Notes: a model not told the origin generated them from the letters alone. DNA of 64,000 bases from Prorocentrum cordatum (GCA_963575745.1 CAUYUJ010000113.1:1-64000), one strand, 5' to 3'; positions 14,047-26,787 are shown, counted from the stretch's first letter. Program-made: numbers and translations.

Positions 14047-15958
14047 GAAAGAGCGTGTTCTACCGCTGCTGGCGGCAAACCGGGGGGGGGTCACTGGGGG
14101 TTCCCAACCCGTCGCCCCCCCTCGAAAACCGGGGGGGGGTCACTACCGCTTCGAACCCCTCCCCCCCCCAAGTCCATCACGAAAACCAGGGGAGGGTCAC
14201 TACCGGTTCGAACCCCCCCCTTCGCTGCCAGCAAACGATTCCCGCTCCTCGGGACAGTTGGACAATGGTGGGGATACTCGGACAGTAGTGGGAACGGTGG
14301 TGGTGGGGACAGTGGTGCGGGAACAGTGGGACAGTAGTGCGGACAGTGGTGGGGCCGGTGGTGGTGGGGACAGTGGTGAGGGGGACAGTGTTGGGGACGG
14401 TAGTGGTGGGGACAGTGGTGAAGGCGGTGGTGAGGACAGTGGTGGGACAGTAGTACCGTGGGGAGAGCGATGGGGACAGTGGGGACAGTGGGACAGTGGT
14501 GGGAACAGTGGGAACGGTGGGACAGCACAGTGGGACAGCGGCGGGGACAGTGGGACAGTGGTGGGTACAGCGGTGGGACGGTAGTGGTGGGGACAGTGGT
14601 GAAGGCGGTGGTGAGGACAGTGGTGGGACAGTAGTACAGTGGGGGGAGTGGTGGGGACAGTGGGGACAGTGGGACAGTAGTGGGGACAGTGGGGACGGTG
14701 GAAAAGCACAGTGGGACAGCGGCGGGGACTGTGGGACAGTGGTGGGCACAGTGGGGGACGGTAGTGGTGGGGACAGTGGTGAAGGCGGTGGTGAGGACAG
14801 TGGTGGGACAGTAGTACAGTGGGGGGAGTGGTGGGGACAGCGGGGACAGTGGGAGAGTGGTGGGGACAGTTGGGACGGTGAAACAGCACAGTGAAACAGC
14901 GGCGGGGACAGTGGGACAGTGGTGGGCACAGAGGGGACAGTGGTAATGTGGTGGGGATTGTGGGAAAAGTGGGGAGAGTGGGACCGTGGTGGGACAATGG
15001 TGGGGAGAGTGGGGACAATGAGACCTTGGTGGGGGCACTGGCGGGGACAGCGGGGACAGTGGTGGGAACAGTGGTGACAGTGGGACACTGGTGGGGATTG
15101 TGGGACAGTGGTGGGGGCGGTGGTGGTGGGGACAGTGGTGTGGGGACAGTGGTAATGTGGCGGGGACAGTGGGACAGTGGTGGGTGGTGGGGACAGTGGT
15201 GGTGGGGACAGTGGTAAGGGCGGTGGCGAGGACGGCGGTGGGACAATGGGACAGAGGCACAGTGGGGACAGTGGTGGGGACAGTGGTGGGAATAGTGGGA
15301 CAGCTCAGTGGGACAGCGGTGGGGACAGTGGGACAGTGGGATAGTGGGGACAGTGGGACAGTGGTTGGGGCCGTGGGGAAAGTGGAGAGAGTGGGGCCGT
15401 GGTGGGAACAGTAGTGGGGGCAGTGGGAACAGTGGGAACAGTGCGACAGTGGTGGGGGCACTGGTGGGGACAGTGGGGACGGTGGTGGGAACAGTGGGGG
15501 CAGTGGTGGTGAGGACAGTGGTGGTGGGGACAGCGCGGACGGTGGTAGGGACCCGGGAGTCGGTTGCCGGCGGTGAGCGTGGGGGGGGAGGGAGGGGTTC
15601 GAACCGGTAGTGACCCCCCCCGGTTTTCTTGGGGGGGGGGTTCGAATTGGTAGTGACCCCCCCCCGGTTTTCAGGGCGGGGGGAGGGGCTTCGGACCGGT
15701 AGTGACCCCCCCGGTTTTCCGGAGAGGGGGGGCTCGAACCTGTAGTGACCACACCTGGTTTTCCGGAGGGGGGGGGGCTTCGGACTGGTAGTGACCCCCG
15801 CCGGTTTTCCGGAGGAAGGGGGGGGTTAGGGGGGGACGTTTGCCAGGGGGGAAGGGGGGGGTCCAACAGGGGGGGATTTTCGGAAGGGGGGGCCTGGGTT
15901 ACGGAGGAAGAGGGGGGGGAATTTTTCACGGTACAGCGGCGGTGGATCACGCTCTCTC
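14047..15958. mobile_element. Non-autonomous TIR DNA transposon (Mutator/hAT-like), 8-bp TSD, GGGACAGT-repeat core
   Basis: Left end GAAAGAGCGTGTTCTACCGCTGCTG matches the reverse complement of the right end, GAGAGAGCGTGATCCACCGCCGCTG, at 21/25 positions. The TSD is CAACACCT (14039-14046) / CAACATCT (15959-15966). Removing the element restores the LINE ORF1 frame. Confidence 0.9.
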
Positions 15959-18249
15959 CAACATCTTCACGGCTGGCGCGCGAGAGGAGGTTGCGCCCAG
16001 TCAGATTGCCGACAGTGCCAAGGAGTGTTTTTGCGAACGTAGATACGCCCTCGGTGAGCAGGTCGTCCTCGAGGGCCCGCAGCTCGGGAGGAGCTTCGTC
16101 TTGCGCATGGTTAGTCCAACGTCTGCCACGATCCAAACTAGCACGCGTAACTGTGAGTCTCTTCTCAGGGAAAGTGCTGGCAACAGACGTGAGCTCCAGG
16201 TCTCGGCCCTGGCGGCCGAAGGATCGACGTCTTCGCCAGCTGGAAAAAATGTCAGACTTTGCGCGCCATGGGCCGTCGATTCAATCAGTTGCAGTACCCG
16301 ATCACCGTCGACTGGGAAGCTGATGCCCTCACATACCAATGGGAGCCGGTCGCGAAGCAGGTGGCTTCACGAGACACTACGAGTCCAAACGCAGTGGCAT
16401 TTCAGACATGGGATTCAACGTCTCGGGGGTCAAGGCCTCAGGAAAGGAAGCCTTCGCCCCGCGTCAGGCCCAGTGGCCCGGGTAGCACTTGGACGGGTGG
16501 GACATCTGCCGAGTCCGCCACGCGAAACACCAGAGCAATGCGTCATTATGATCCCGACGCTCTGCGACGCCGTCCGAAGGTTCTGAGCTAGGTTGCTTGT
16601 GAGAGACCCGCGGCGATCAGCCAGCGGTCGAAGAAGCTTGCCCGCGTGAAGGTTGACCTCATCAAGCTGTTGCTTCGCATCCTCCAGGATCCAAAACAGC
16701 GGGGGCACTCTGGCCCGAGGCCGCGGAGCGGTCTTGTAATATTGAGAATGAAGAGGTTGTAGTTGGCCACGTTTTTCATCTCCGCATAGAGTCTCGCGAT
16801 GTTGACGTCCACAACAGGGACATCCATAATTGTGACATCCCTGCCTCCTCGCTCGGGGAGGTTCAGAGGAACACGTTGTCCCAAGTTGCCTTTGACAAAG
16901 CCTCGCCAATTAGGCGCGCCCTCGCGTAACATTGGGGGCTAAAACATAGCGGGAGATGGGGCGCCAGAGCTGGAGATCGGCACCACTCTCAGATTTGGAA
17001 GGTGCGCACTGAACTCACTGATGCCAGCCTTACTTGCTGGCGCCGGGGGGCCCAGACAGAGGCCCGCGTTGACAGGTGCTTTGTTGCGACCCCCCCGTAG
17101 CTCCTGCGCGAAGCTTATCCGTCGTTTTCTAGGCGCTGTGAACCCATGGGGTGCTCTTGCCTGGGGTCAGCGACCACGCCCCAGCCGCGGTCGCGACGCG
17201 GGGCGACCCGGGGCTCTCGGGGAGCTCCGTCCGCGCCGCAGTCTTCGGCATATTGTAACTCGCCCGCTCTTTGAAAAGCTTGCCAGTGAACGTGGGGCCC
17301 CGATCGACTTCTTTGGGCGCGATCCCCCGCGTGGCCCTCGTGCTTGGCGATGGACGCAGGCGAGCTGTGGGGCGCGCGTGCAGGGGGCTCCACCATGTCG
17401 CCCAGCCCCGTCCAGCCATGTCTCGCGTAATAACTGCGCGTTCCATTGCCAGGCATGTGGCCGGACAGGGTGCGACGCTCGCCAGGGCTCTGCTTGCTAG
17501 GCACCCGTGGGCGCGGGGGCACATCGGCATTTGCCCTGTCGGCAGCGTCCTGATGTTGGGCGCAGGTTTCAAGCCCCCCACTCTTCCTTCCAGCAGTAGG
17601 AGAAAATGAAGATGCGAGAGGCGATCGAGGCAGAGGCCCAGCGAGAGACGCGCCCAGGCACGCAATCAATGATTCAAGCTCGGAGAAAGCTCTCGCGAGG
17701 AAAGCTCGACCGCAGTGAAATTCTGGGATTGATGAATTTCTGGCGGCTGCGCGGGAGGACGGGGGCGGTGGCGGCGCCGGGGGGGGACGGCATTGTCTCT
17801 CCTCCCGAGAGTATCGCCGGGGAGCTGAGCCGCCATTGGGCCCCCATCTTAGGAAAATGGCCCCCGCTTCCTGCCGGGCCTGAGCGGCGCGCGAAGGAGT
17901 TTGCCTAAGGCTCCCAGGACTCTCGCGCCCCCCCCACTTCCTTGCGCCCTACCCCTGGGTGCCTCGAGCGGGCCTCGTCCTCATTCGCGCGCTGGATGCG
18001 CGGGCGAGGGCCCCGGATTCTTCGCCGAGCATTGCTGCGTGCTCTTGCGGGCAGCCTCGTTCCCTCCATTTTTCAGCGTTTCGTTGCTTGCAGGTTTCCA
18101 TCCCGAAGCCGACTGCTAAGGATGATCCCGTTCTCGACGGGGCCACTCGCTCTGGAGTGGGGGTTCGCCCCATGGCTTCAAGACTTAGCAGACAAGACGG
18201 CGGCCGCGGTCATCGATGGGGCCATCGATCGTGCCCTCCGAGGGCTGGC

Positions 18250-18400
18250 CGCCCTCCCTCAAGGGCTCCCAAGGGTGCCCCGAGAGGGCCCCAAGAGGTG
18301 GCCAGGATGCCCCAAGAGGCTCCCAGGATGCCCCCACGAGGCCCCCAAGAGACCCCCAAGAGGCCCCCAAAGACCCCTCAGGGCCATCCCTGGGGGGTGA
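18250..18400 (+). repeat. Short CCCAAG-rich repeat-family fragment inserted in the LINE RT
   Basis: GGCCCCAAGAG-type units as at 21265-23570. Confidence 0.7.
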
Positions 18401-19286
18401 CTTTTGACGTGACATAGCTTGTCTCGGCTTGCTCGCGAGAGAGGCCAGCGTCAAGGCCCAAGGTAGTCCCAGACACGTTCCTTTTCTTTGGGCTTCCGAC
18501 TTCGCGCAAGCCTTTCCATCTGCGCGGTAGGAGTCGATGAATGTTGCCCCGTTGCCCGAAGGCTTCAAGCGTGCTGTTAATGTCTTATGTAGCCTCGATC
18601 CTTGTCACTCCGCCTCGGGCGGTGTCTCGGTTTTCCTGTTCTGGCTTGTCTCTGGTGTCCTGCAGGGGCGCCCTCTCTCAGGCAGCTGGTTCGTTTTGCG
18701 CGCTGATCCCCCTCCTCGGAGATATGGAGCTACATATCGCCACGGAGCCGCGCGGCATAGCGCGTGCACGCGCTGATGATATAGGCGTAGCTTCGTGGCG
18801 TGAGCGAGCCTTGCATCATTTCGGAAGAATCTGCAGACTCGCGGTCAGGCTCGCGCAGTTAGTTCTCAAAGCTCGGAGATGTGTAGCGGTCCCGCTATGG
18901 GCCCAGCTGTCGGATAGCGCCACCTCGGACATGCCTGCCGCCCTTTCTGCTGCAGATTCAGAGTGGGAAGGATTTGCACCTCGGCTGCGCCTTCGGCCCC
19001 AGGGCCGCGCCGGAAGACGTTTGGGAGGCCCCTGTTGCGAAAGCGTCCGATGGGGATTCCTCGCTTGCCGCGCGCGGCGCGCCCCGTTCTGCATCGGCGA
19101 AGCTGTGACAGGAACGCGCTGCCACCGCTCTCGGCTATAAGCAGCGCGTGTCGCGGAAAGAATCCCAGATTTAAAGGAGGGCTCTTGGCCCAGGCCTCCA
19201 GGGCGCATTTCGGGCTGTTTCGGCGGGGAGCTGGTTCCAGTTGGGCGGGTGGGGCTGCGTGCAGCCTGAGAGCCTCCTTTCCATGG

Positions 19287-19330
19287 TTTGGGTTTAGGGT
19301 TTAGGGCTTAGGGTTCACAACCCCTAACCC
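19287..19330. repeat. Interstitial telomere-like repeats (TTTAGGG)
   Basis: TTTGGG TTTAGGG TTTAGGG CTTAGGG, then an inverted CCCTAACCC. Confidence 0.7.
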
Positions 19331-21379
19331 ACACCCCGTCAGAAACCGAAGGCTGTTTCTTTGGAAAAGAGGCGGTTTCTTTGGACAATCCAGGCCGCCT
19401 TTCTCAAAATGCACCCTCAGGCGCTGAAAGCGCATGTTAGAGCAGAATCCGTAAGGCGGTTTCCTTGGAATAAAGGCCTCTATAGGGAACAAGCACATCG
19501 ACCATTATTCTCTACCCCCCAATGCTAGCCCCCCCAGGGGGGCGTCGCATGCTGACAAACGTCAGAGTGAAATCACCACGGATTCTACATCCACAACGCT
19601 TAGGCCGCTTGGCCCTGGCCCCCCAATGCTAGCCCCGTAGGGGGCGTCACATTTGTTTGACATGAACAGAACCCTAACGGGTTCTCCTAGGGCACGATTG
19701 ATGCCCAAAGTAGCCACCCTAAACCACGGGCTCTGGTGCGCTCATGAGAGCGGGATCGATCTCCCGCGCGACCTGGCCTCAGGCTTTGGCCAGGCTCAGA
19801 ACGAGTGTTCGGGAGTGGGGGGAGGTTGAACTGCGGTTCTCTCCCAAGCTTGCGCCGCCCCGCTGGGAATCGCCGTCGATCGCTGGCGATCTTGAGGGGG
19901 CGTCGATTGGCGTCCCGTCGGACCCCCTGCTTCGCGCGCGGGGGAAGGAGTCGCTCGACTTCTTTTCCGAGCCGAGCAGCCTGCTGCCGACTCCCCGGTC
20001 GGCGGGGGGCGGCCGAAGTGGCAGGGGCCGTTCGTTCGCGCGTCCAGTAAGACGTTCGCGTCCAGTGGTCATGCGGGCGCTCAGACTGACAGGCAGTCGG
20101 CCGACGGCCTCCGCGGCCAATGATTTTCCTCTTCTTCCTCTTCCTCCTCCTCCTCTTCCTCCTGCTCCTCCTCCTTCGTGATCCCGAATCGGTGCAACAA
20201 GATGTGGTTGTTGTTGTTTTTCCTCCGCCGGGCCTGAACGACCGCCTGCGGAAACCGGTGACAGGCGCAGGTTGCTGGCCGGAAAAAAAAAAACGTTCGC
20301 CGCCCCGCTCGACAGTGTCCTCTTTTAGCGAGTCAAGAAACACTTTCTGGTCCAGTTCTGTCTCTCCAATGATGACCAGGCTGGTTTTCGCAAGTCGCTG
20401 AATCAGGCCCCCTCGGCTTGGCCTTTCATTTTTGCGCGATCCGGTTTCGGAGGGTGGTGCGAAGGAGGCCGCGTGCAGCGCACGGGCGGCTGTGTCATCG
20501 GATGTCCAAGTGAGCCAGACACAGATCAGCATTATTTGTTGAACTGCCCGCGTATGTTCTTTGTCTGGGGCTTTCAGAGCCCTGCGGTCTCCTCTCCCCT
20601 CGGCGTTGCAGTCGCCCTGGGGCTGAGGGACCAGCAGTTTGGTTTGATCGTCGCCCGTTACTACCTTTACAGGATTGGACTCCGTTAATGCCCTCTGCGA
20701 AGGGCAGGGCGCTGACTCTCCGGGAGGCCAGTTCCTTTGTGGACGCCGTCAGGGTCGCAACGAAGCCCCCGCTGCATCGTCGCTAGAAGATGCAGCTGGG
20801 CCGCGCGAAGATGGCGGGAGCGGTGCACGAAGTTGCTGGAGCAAGCGCGCCTCGTCTCGCCATCCGCCTACTGACAGAGGCACCACTTTCTTTGAGCGGG
20901 GTTCCCGCGAGGAGGGCAGCAGCAGTAACGACGGTGGCAGAAGGAGGCTGGGCGGAAGCGCCTCCAGCAGTAGCAGCAGCAGTCGCAGTGCTTCTCAGTT
21001 GAACTTGACTTCTTCGGGCACGTTCTGTTCCTCCGGCACACTAAGCTTTCAGTGTCATGGGATTGTCAGGGATCCGCTTTGGGGAGCGCCTCCTATCACG
21101 GTGACCGCCGTGGGTGGCCTGGGGGCGACTGAAGGTCACTGGACCCAGGTCGTTTCTTTTCGTTCCAGCTGGCGCGCTGACAGAGGCCCCAGCGCCCTGT
21201 CCAGGCGGCGCAGGGGAGATCCCCTCCAGACCGTACTTTCAGCATCAAGTGCTACTGATCGCTCTTGCGCTCCGCGGCGGCCGTAGTTACCAGCGCTTAT
21301 ACATATAACGGCGCACCGGGTCCGGGGGCCCGGGGCCGGGACCTCGACCACAAATGTGGGCCCCGGGGAGCCTGGGGGC

Positions 21380-23575
21380 TCGTCGGAGCGCCGGACGCCG
21401 TCCAAGATCGTTCGCAGGCGGCTTCGGAACGCGCTCCGATGGCTCCAGATGCCTTCCAAGACGCCTGTCATGACACCAAGAAGGTCCCAGAAGCCTCCAA
21501 GACGCTCCGAGAGGCAGCCCAAGAGAGGCCCAAGAAGCAAAAATCGTGCCATTCCTATGGGAAAACGTATAACTATTTTTCGCATGCTCGCCTCTTGGGC
21601 TTTCGCCGCGTCCAAGACGGCCCAAGAGGCGCCCAAGACCGCCCCAAGACGGCCCAAGAAGCTTCCAAGAGGGCCCCAGGACAGCCCAAGAGGGCCCCAA
21701 GACGGCCCAAGAGGCGCCCAAGATGGCCCAAGAGGGCCCCAAGACGGGCCCAAGAGGGGGCCCAGAGGGGGACCACGAACCGCAAGCTCGAGCCTTCCGC
21801 CCCAAGAGGCCGCCAGGAGGCCCCAAGGAGGCCCCTCAAGAGGCCCCAGGAGACCTCCAAGAGGCCCAAAGGAGGCCCCGAGAAGCCCCAAATCGGCCCC
21901 CAAAATGCTTCGAACCTGCTTCCAGGAGGCCCCCGACAGGTTCAGAGGCTCCCGAGAAGCTACGTCAAACTCCCAGCGAGCGGCCGGACGAGGCCCCCCA
22001 CAAAATCACAAGAGGGTTCCAGTATTTGTATCCTTCAGCGCTCTCTGGCCTTCTTCCCCCTGCCCCCTTCCCTGCGACTTGGCTCCGGATGCCTTCCAAG
22101 ACGCCTGTCATGACACCAAGACGGTCCCAGAAGCCTCCAAGACGCTCCGAGAGGCAGCCCAAGAGAGGCCCAAGAAGCAAAAATCGTGCCATTCCTATGG
22201 GAAAACGTATATTTTTCGCATGTTCGCATCTTGGGCTTTCACCGCGTCCAAGACGGCCCAAGAGGCCTCCAAGACGGCCTAGGAGGCCTCCGGGAGCGCT
22301 CCAAGGCTGCGCACGAGTGGCTCAGGACGGCCCCAAGACGGCCCAAGAGAGCCCCAAGACGAGTTCGAGAGGGGTCCCAGACGGAGAAAGCCAACCTCGA
22401 ATTCCGAGCTTCCGGCCCAAGAGGCTCCAGGAGGCGCCAAAATGCCGCCAAGAGGCGCCAAAAGGCTCCCAAAAGCACCCCAAGACGTTCCGAGAGGCAC
22501 CCCAAGAGAGGTCCAAGAAACAAAAATCGTGCCATTCCTATTGGAAAACGTATATTTTTCGCATGTTCGCATCTTGGCCTTTCACCGCGTCCAAGACGGC
22601 CCAAGAGGCCTCCAAGACGGCCTAGGAGGCCTCCGGGAGCGCTCCAAGGCTGCGCACGAGTGGCTCAGGACGGCCCCAAGACGGCCCAAGAGAACCCCAA
22701 GACGACTTCGAGAGGGGTCCCAGAAGGAGAAAGCCACTCTCGAATTCCGAGCTTCCGGCCCAACATATCCCAGGAGGCGCCAAAACGCCGCCCAGAGGCG
22801 CCAAAAGGCTTCCAAAATCAGCCCAAGACGTTCCGAGAGGCACCCCAAGAGAGGTCCAAGAAACAAAAATCGTGCCATTCCTATGGGAAAACGTATATTT
22901 TTCGCATGTTCGCATCTTGGCTTTCACCGCGTCCAAGACGGCCCAAGAGGCCTCCAAGACGGCCTCGGAGGCCTCCGGGAGCGCTCCAAGGCTGCGCACG
23001 AGTGGCTCAGGACGGCCCCAAGACGGCCCAAGAGAACCCCAAGACGACTTCGAGAGGGGTCCCAGAAGGAGAAAGCCACTCTCGAATTCCGAGCTTCCGG
23101 CCCAACACATCCCAGGAGGCTCCAAAACGCCGCCCAGAGGCGCCAAAAGGCTTCCAAAATCAGCCCCAGACGTTCCGAGAGGCACCCCAAGAGAGGTTCA
23201 AGAAGCAAAAATGGTGCCATTCCTATGGGAAAACGTACACTTTTCGCATGGTCGCCTGTTGGGTTTTCACCGCGTCCAACACGTCCGAAGAGGCTCCCAA
23301 GACGGCCTAGGTGGCCCCCAAGAGAGTTCCAAGACGGTTCACGAGGCGCCCAGGACGGCAAAATTGGACTCCAAAATGGCCTAAGAGAGCCCCAAGGCGT
23401 GCCCGAGAGGGGTCCCAGAGGGAGAAAGCCACTGTAGAATTCCGAGCTTTCGGCCCCAAGAGGCTCCAGGAGGCGCCAAGAGAGCTCCAAGAAGCCCCCA
23501 CGAGAGACCCAGGACGCCCCAAGAGGCTCCAAAGGCGGCCCAAGAGAGCCCCAAGATGGGCCCGAGAGGGGTTCC
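21380..23575 (+). repeat. CCCAAG-rich repeat element containing a ~343-bp tandem array (about 4 copies) plus an upstream related copy
   Basis: The marker AAAATCGTGCCATTCCTAT recurs near 21540, 22180, 22523, 22866 and 23208; the last four are 342-343 bp apart. Confidence 0.9.
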
Positions 23576-23604
23576 ACGCAAGTTGTTATTGTATCGCTCG
23601 GGAA

Positions 23605-24008
23605 AAGACGAGGATGAGGAGGAAGACGAGGAGGAAGACGAGGAGGAAGACGAGGAGGAGGAGGAGGAGGAGGAGGAGGAGGAGGAGGAGGAGGAGGAGG
23701 AGGAGGAGGAGGAGGAGAGGGAGGAGGAGGAAGAGGAGGAGAAGGAGAGGGAGGAGGAGGAGGAAGAGGAGGAGCAGGAGAAGGAGGAGGAAGGGTGCTG
23801 TGGACGCCGCCGAAGCTTCCCGGGGAGTCCTGTGGACTCAGCTTCGGTCGTGGAAATAACGGTTCGCTCAAATGGTCCCCCAATGTATCCAATTCACCCG
23901 GAGGAGGAGCAGCAGGAGAAGGAGGAGGAGGAGGAGGAGGCGGAGGAGGAGGAGGAGGAGCAGGAGGAGGAGAAGGAGGGAGGAGGGAGGAGGGAGGAGA
24001 AGGAGGGA
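23605..24008. repeat. (GAG)n-rich low-complexity tracts
   Basis: Directly visible. Confidence 0.9.
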
Positions 24009-24233
24009 GTCTCGCCCTTCTCCTGGGTAGCCGAAGGCCAGACTAACAGATCGCCTTGGGATCCAGGGCCACTCTGGCGTGGCCAGGTTGGAGATTTCTA
24101 CTTGCTCGCCAGTCTGTTACCTCGCTGGCTCCCCCGCCAGATTGCCAATGTTTGCCCGATAGGGGCCGCCAGATTGGCTTCGACTTCGCGTCCCCAATTT
24201 CTTCTCACAACGATTCCTGGGTCTGTGACTCGA

Positions 24234-24272
24234 CAGAACCTAAGCGCGCGCGAAGCGCGCGCGTGGTTCTAG
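24234..24272 (+). mobile_element. Helitron-like 3' terminus
   Basis: Hairpin GCGCGCGC-GAA-GCGCGCGC (24244-24262), then CTAG at 24269-24272, followed by T. Confidence 0.55.
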
Positions 24273-24715
24273 TGTGGATATACGGGTGCTCCTCTTCCTT
24301 TTCCTCCTCCTTCTCTTCCTCCTCAGCCGCCACAGCGGCTCAAGAACACCGCGGCTCATTCCACGTCAGACGTGCAAGATTCCGCGACAGTGGCATGGTG
24401 GGCTGTTCGCGGGGTCTGCCGAGCCCGTGACTGGGGGGGCGGATGACCACAGATGAGCTGGCTTCTCACTGGGGGTTCCAGCTGTCGCTGGCACTGGGTC
24501 ACGGCCCTTGGTCATGGCCCCCCACCGAGCAGATGCATTACGACACGAACACGCGCTTACAATCCCATGCGCTTGACAGGATCGACAGAGTTCCATCATA
24601 TCGGAGCGACTTAACTCCTACGCGTGTCGTCGTAAGGGTGAGGATCTCTACCAAGTATACATATTTGAGCGGAATCCCACCTGCCCTCTTGGCGTCGGTG
24701 GTTTAGGGCCTTTCC

Positions 24716-25130
24716 TCTTCCACCCCTCCCTCTTCCCCTTCGGGGAGGGGTTTATCATTGTTCCCTATTAATAAACACCCCCTCCCCCAGGCGACTGGGG
24801 GCCAACCAGGGTCCATGACGACCCCCCCCCCACCATTCCTTGTAAAAAGCCATGCAAGCCACACTCTGCCTCCTCACCCTCCGGCTCCCATCGCCCCCGC
24901 CCCGCGCAAGCAGTGTCGCACTCCTCACCACGACATAGGCACCCCAGAACCGGGAGGCCGGGTCCCCCCCTCCTTCCACCCCTCCTTTTTCCCCTTCGGG
25001 GAGGGGTTTATCATTGTTCCCTATTAATAAACACCCCCTCCCCCAGGCGACTGGGGGCCAACCAGGGTCCATGACAACACCCCCCCACCATCCTTTTGTA
25101 ACAAACAATACAAACCACACTCTGCCTCCA
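24716..25130 (+). repeat. Direct duplication with a 256-bp offset
   Basis: CCCTTCGGGGAGGGGTTTATCATTGTTCCCTATTAATAAACACCCCCTCCCCCAGGCGACTGGGGGCCAACCAGGGTCCATGAC occurs at about 24736 and about 24992. Confidence 0.9.
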
Positions 25131-25207
25131 AATTCGGAACATGCGCAGCCAACCCGATGCGCCCCCCCCCGCACCATCCCTGTCAAAAAACAGTGCAGGG
25201 TACACTT

Positions 25208-25925
25208 GGCGGCGGCGGCGGCTGCGGCGGCTGCGGCGGCGGTGGCTGCGGCTGCGGCGGCTGCGGCTGCGGCGGCGGCGGCGGCGGCGGCGGGGCGGCG
25301 GCGGCGGCTGCGGCGGCATCGGCTGCGGCGGTCAGTCGGCGGTTTGGCGGCGGGGGGCCGGCGGGCTGCGCGGCGGCGGCGGCGGTGGGCGGCAGCGGCG
25401 GCGGGCGGCGGCGGGGCGGGCGGCGCGGCAGGCGGCGGCCGGCGGCGGCGGCAGAGGCGGCGGGCGGTGGCGTGCGGCGGCTCCTGCGCCGAAAACGGAC
25501 GAGACACAAAGGCCACAAAAACCAAAGCACAGCCCGAGGCCACAAACCCTGTCAAATCACAAAACCATACATAGTACAATTGGCGGCGGCGGCGGCGGCG
25601 GGCGGCGGCGGCGGCGGCGGGTGGCGGGCGGCGGCGGCGGTTGCGGCGGCTGCGGCTGCGGCGGCGGCGGCTGCGGCGGCGGCGGCGGCGTGCGGCGGCG
25701 GCGGCGGGGCGCGTGGCGGTGGCGCAGGAGGCGCGCGCGGCGGCGGTTTGGCAGCGGGGGGCGTTGGCGACGGCGGCGGCGGCTGGTTGGCGGCAGCGGC
25801 GGCGGCGGGGCGGTGCGGCGGCAGGCGGCGTCGGCGGGGCAGCGGCGGCGGCAAGGCGGCGGCTGGCGGGCAGCGGTGGCGGCGGCGGCGGCGGCGGCGG
25901 CAGAGGCGGCGGCGGTGGCGGCGGA
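25208..25925. repeat. (GGC)n microsatellite, interrupted by an AT-richer spacer
   Basis: Directly visible. Confidence 0.95.
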
Positions 25926-26109
25926 TTGGCCCCCAGTAGCTGCCCATCCAAAAACGGTTGCTGAATATGCTCAGGCTCGGGCCAGACTCGGGTGCTACGT
26001 ATGTGTTGGGAGGGCGGGTGGGAGTGAGCGAGACGGCTTGCGGGCGGGGAGGGGTTCTGCACCCCTCCCCCTACCCCCTCCCCTGGACCTGGACGGGGGG
26101 GGGGCGCGG

Positions 26110-26787
26110 GTAGTTAGAGCGTCCAAGATGGCTCCATGAGGGCCTCAGAGCAGCCCAAGATAGCGTCGAAGATGGCTCAAGATAGCGCGAGGTGCCTCGA
26201 TATAGCTCCGAAGATGCTCCAAGACGCTCCAAGACCGCTCCAAGACGGGTCTAAGTGCTTCCCAATGACGCCCCGACCAGGCCAACATGCTTCAAAACCA
26301 ATTGGGGAAATCATTGTTTTTGGCGTTATCGCTTTTGCGTTTCCGATGCCCGCCCGATGCCTCAACATCGCTCCAAGATGGCCCAACAGGGGTCCAATAA
26401 GGGACCAAGAGAGCCCCAAGACGGGCCCAAGCGCGCCCACGAGCGCCCCAAGAACGCTCCAATATGGGTCCAGGAGGCGATTCTGGGTGTTCCTAAGGGG
26501 GGTGCGTAATTGAGGAACCCCCTGTCGTTGACCGACATCGTCCAAGAGGGCCCCAAAGAGTGCCCCAAGAAGGGACCAACCGAGCCCCAAGCCCCAAGAG
26601 TGCCCCAAGATGGCCCCAAGAGACCCCCCTCAAGAGGCCCCCGGGAAGCCCCCAAGAGGATCCCAAGCGGCCCAAAGAGGCCCCCCCGAGGCACCCAAGA
26701 CGCCGAAAAAACTTTCAGGACGGCCATCTACTCGCCTGGGCGTCGTTTCTGCATGGGCTGGTGGGATACGCGGAGCGTCTAGAATTT
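26110..26787 (+). repeat. CCCAAG-rich repeat-family copy
   Basis: CCAAGA(T/C)GGCCC units; the copy ends GGGCTGGTGGGATACGCGGAGCGTCTAGAATTT. Confidence 0.75.

Larger units (their letters stand above)
13470..20770 (+). mobile_element. Decayed full-length-type LINE (ORF1, APE endonuclease, RT, C-terminal Cys/His knuckle) interrupted by later insertions
   Basis: ORF1-like ELELAK...WDREIDGN|IFTAGAREEV...LEGPQLGRSFVLR. Endonuclease motifs VDVHN, TEARVDRCF and GVSDHAP (about 16800-17185). LSRHWAPI precedes the RT motifs SDFAQAFPS (about 18495), SGVLQGRPLSGSWF and ARADDIG (about 18770). The C-terminus has GGW...CVIGCPSEPDTDQHYLLNCPR (about 20450-20550). Boundaries are approximate. Confidence 0.8.
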
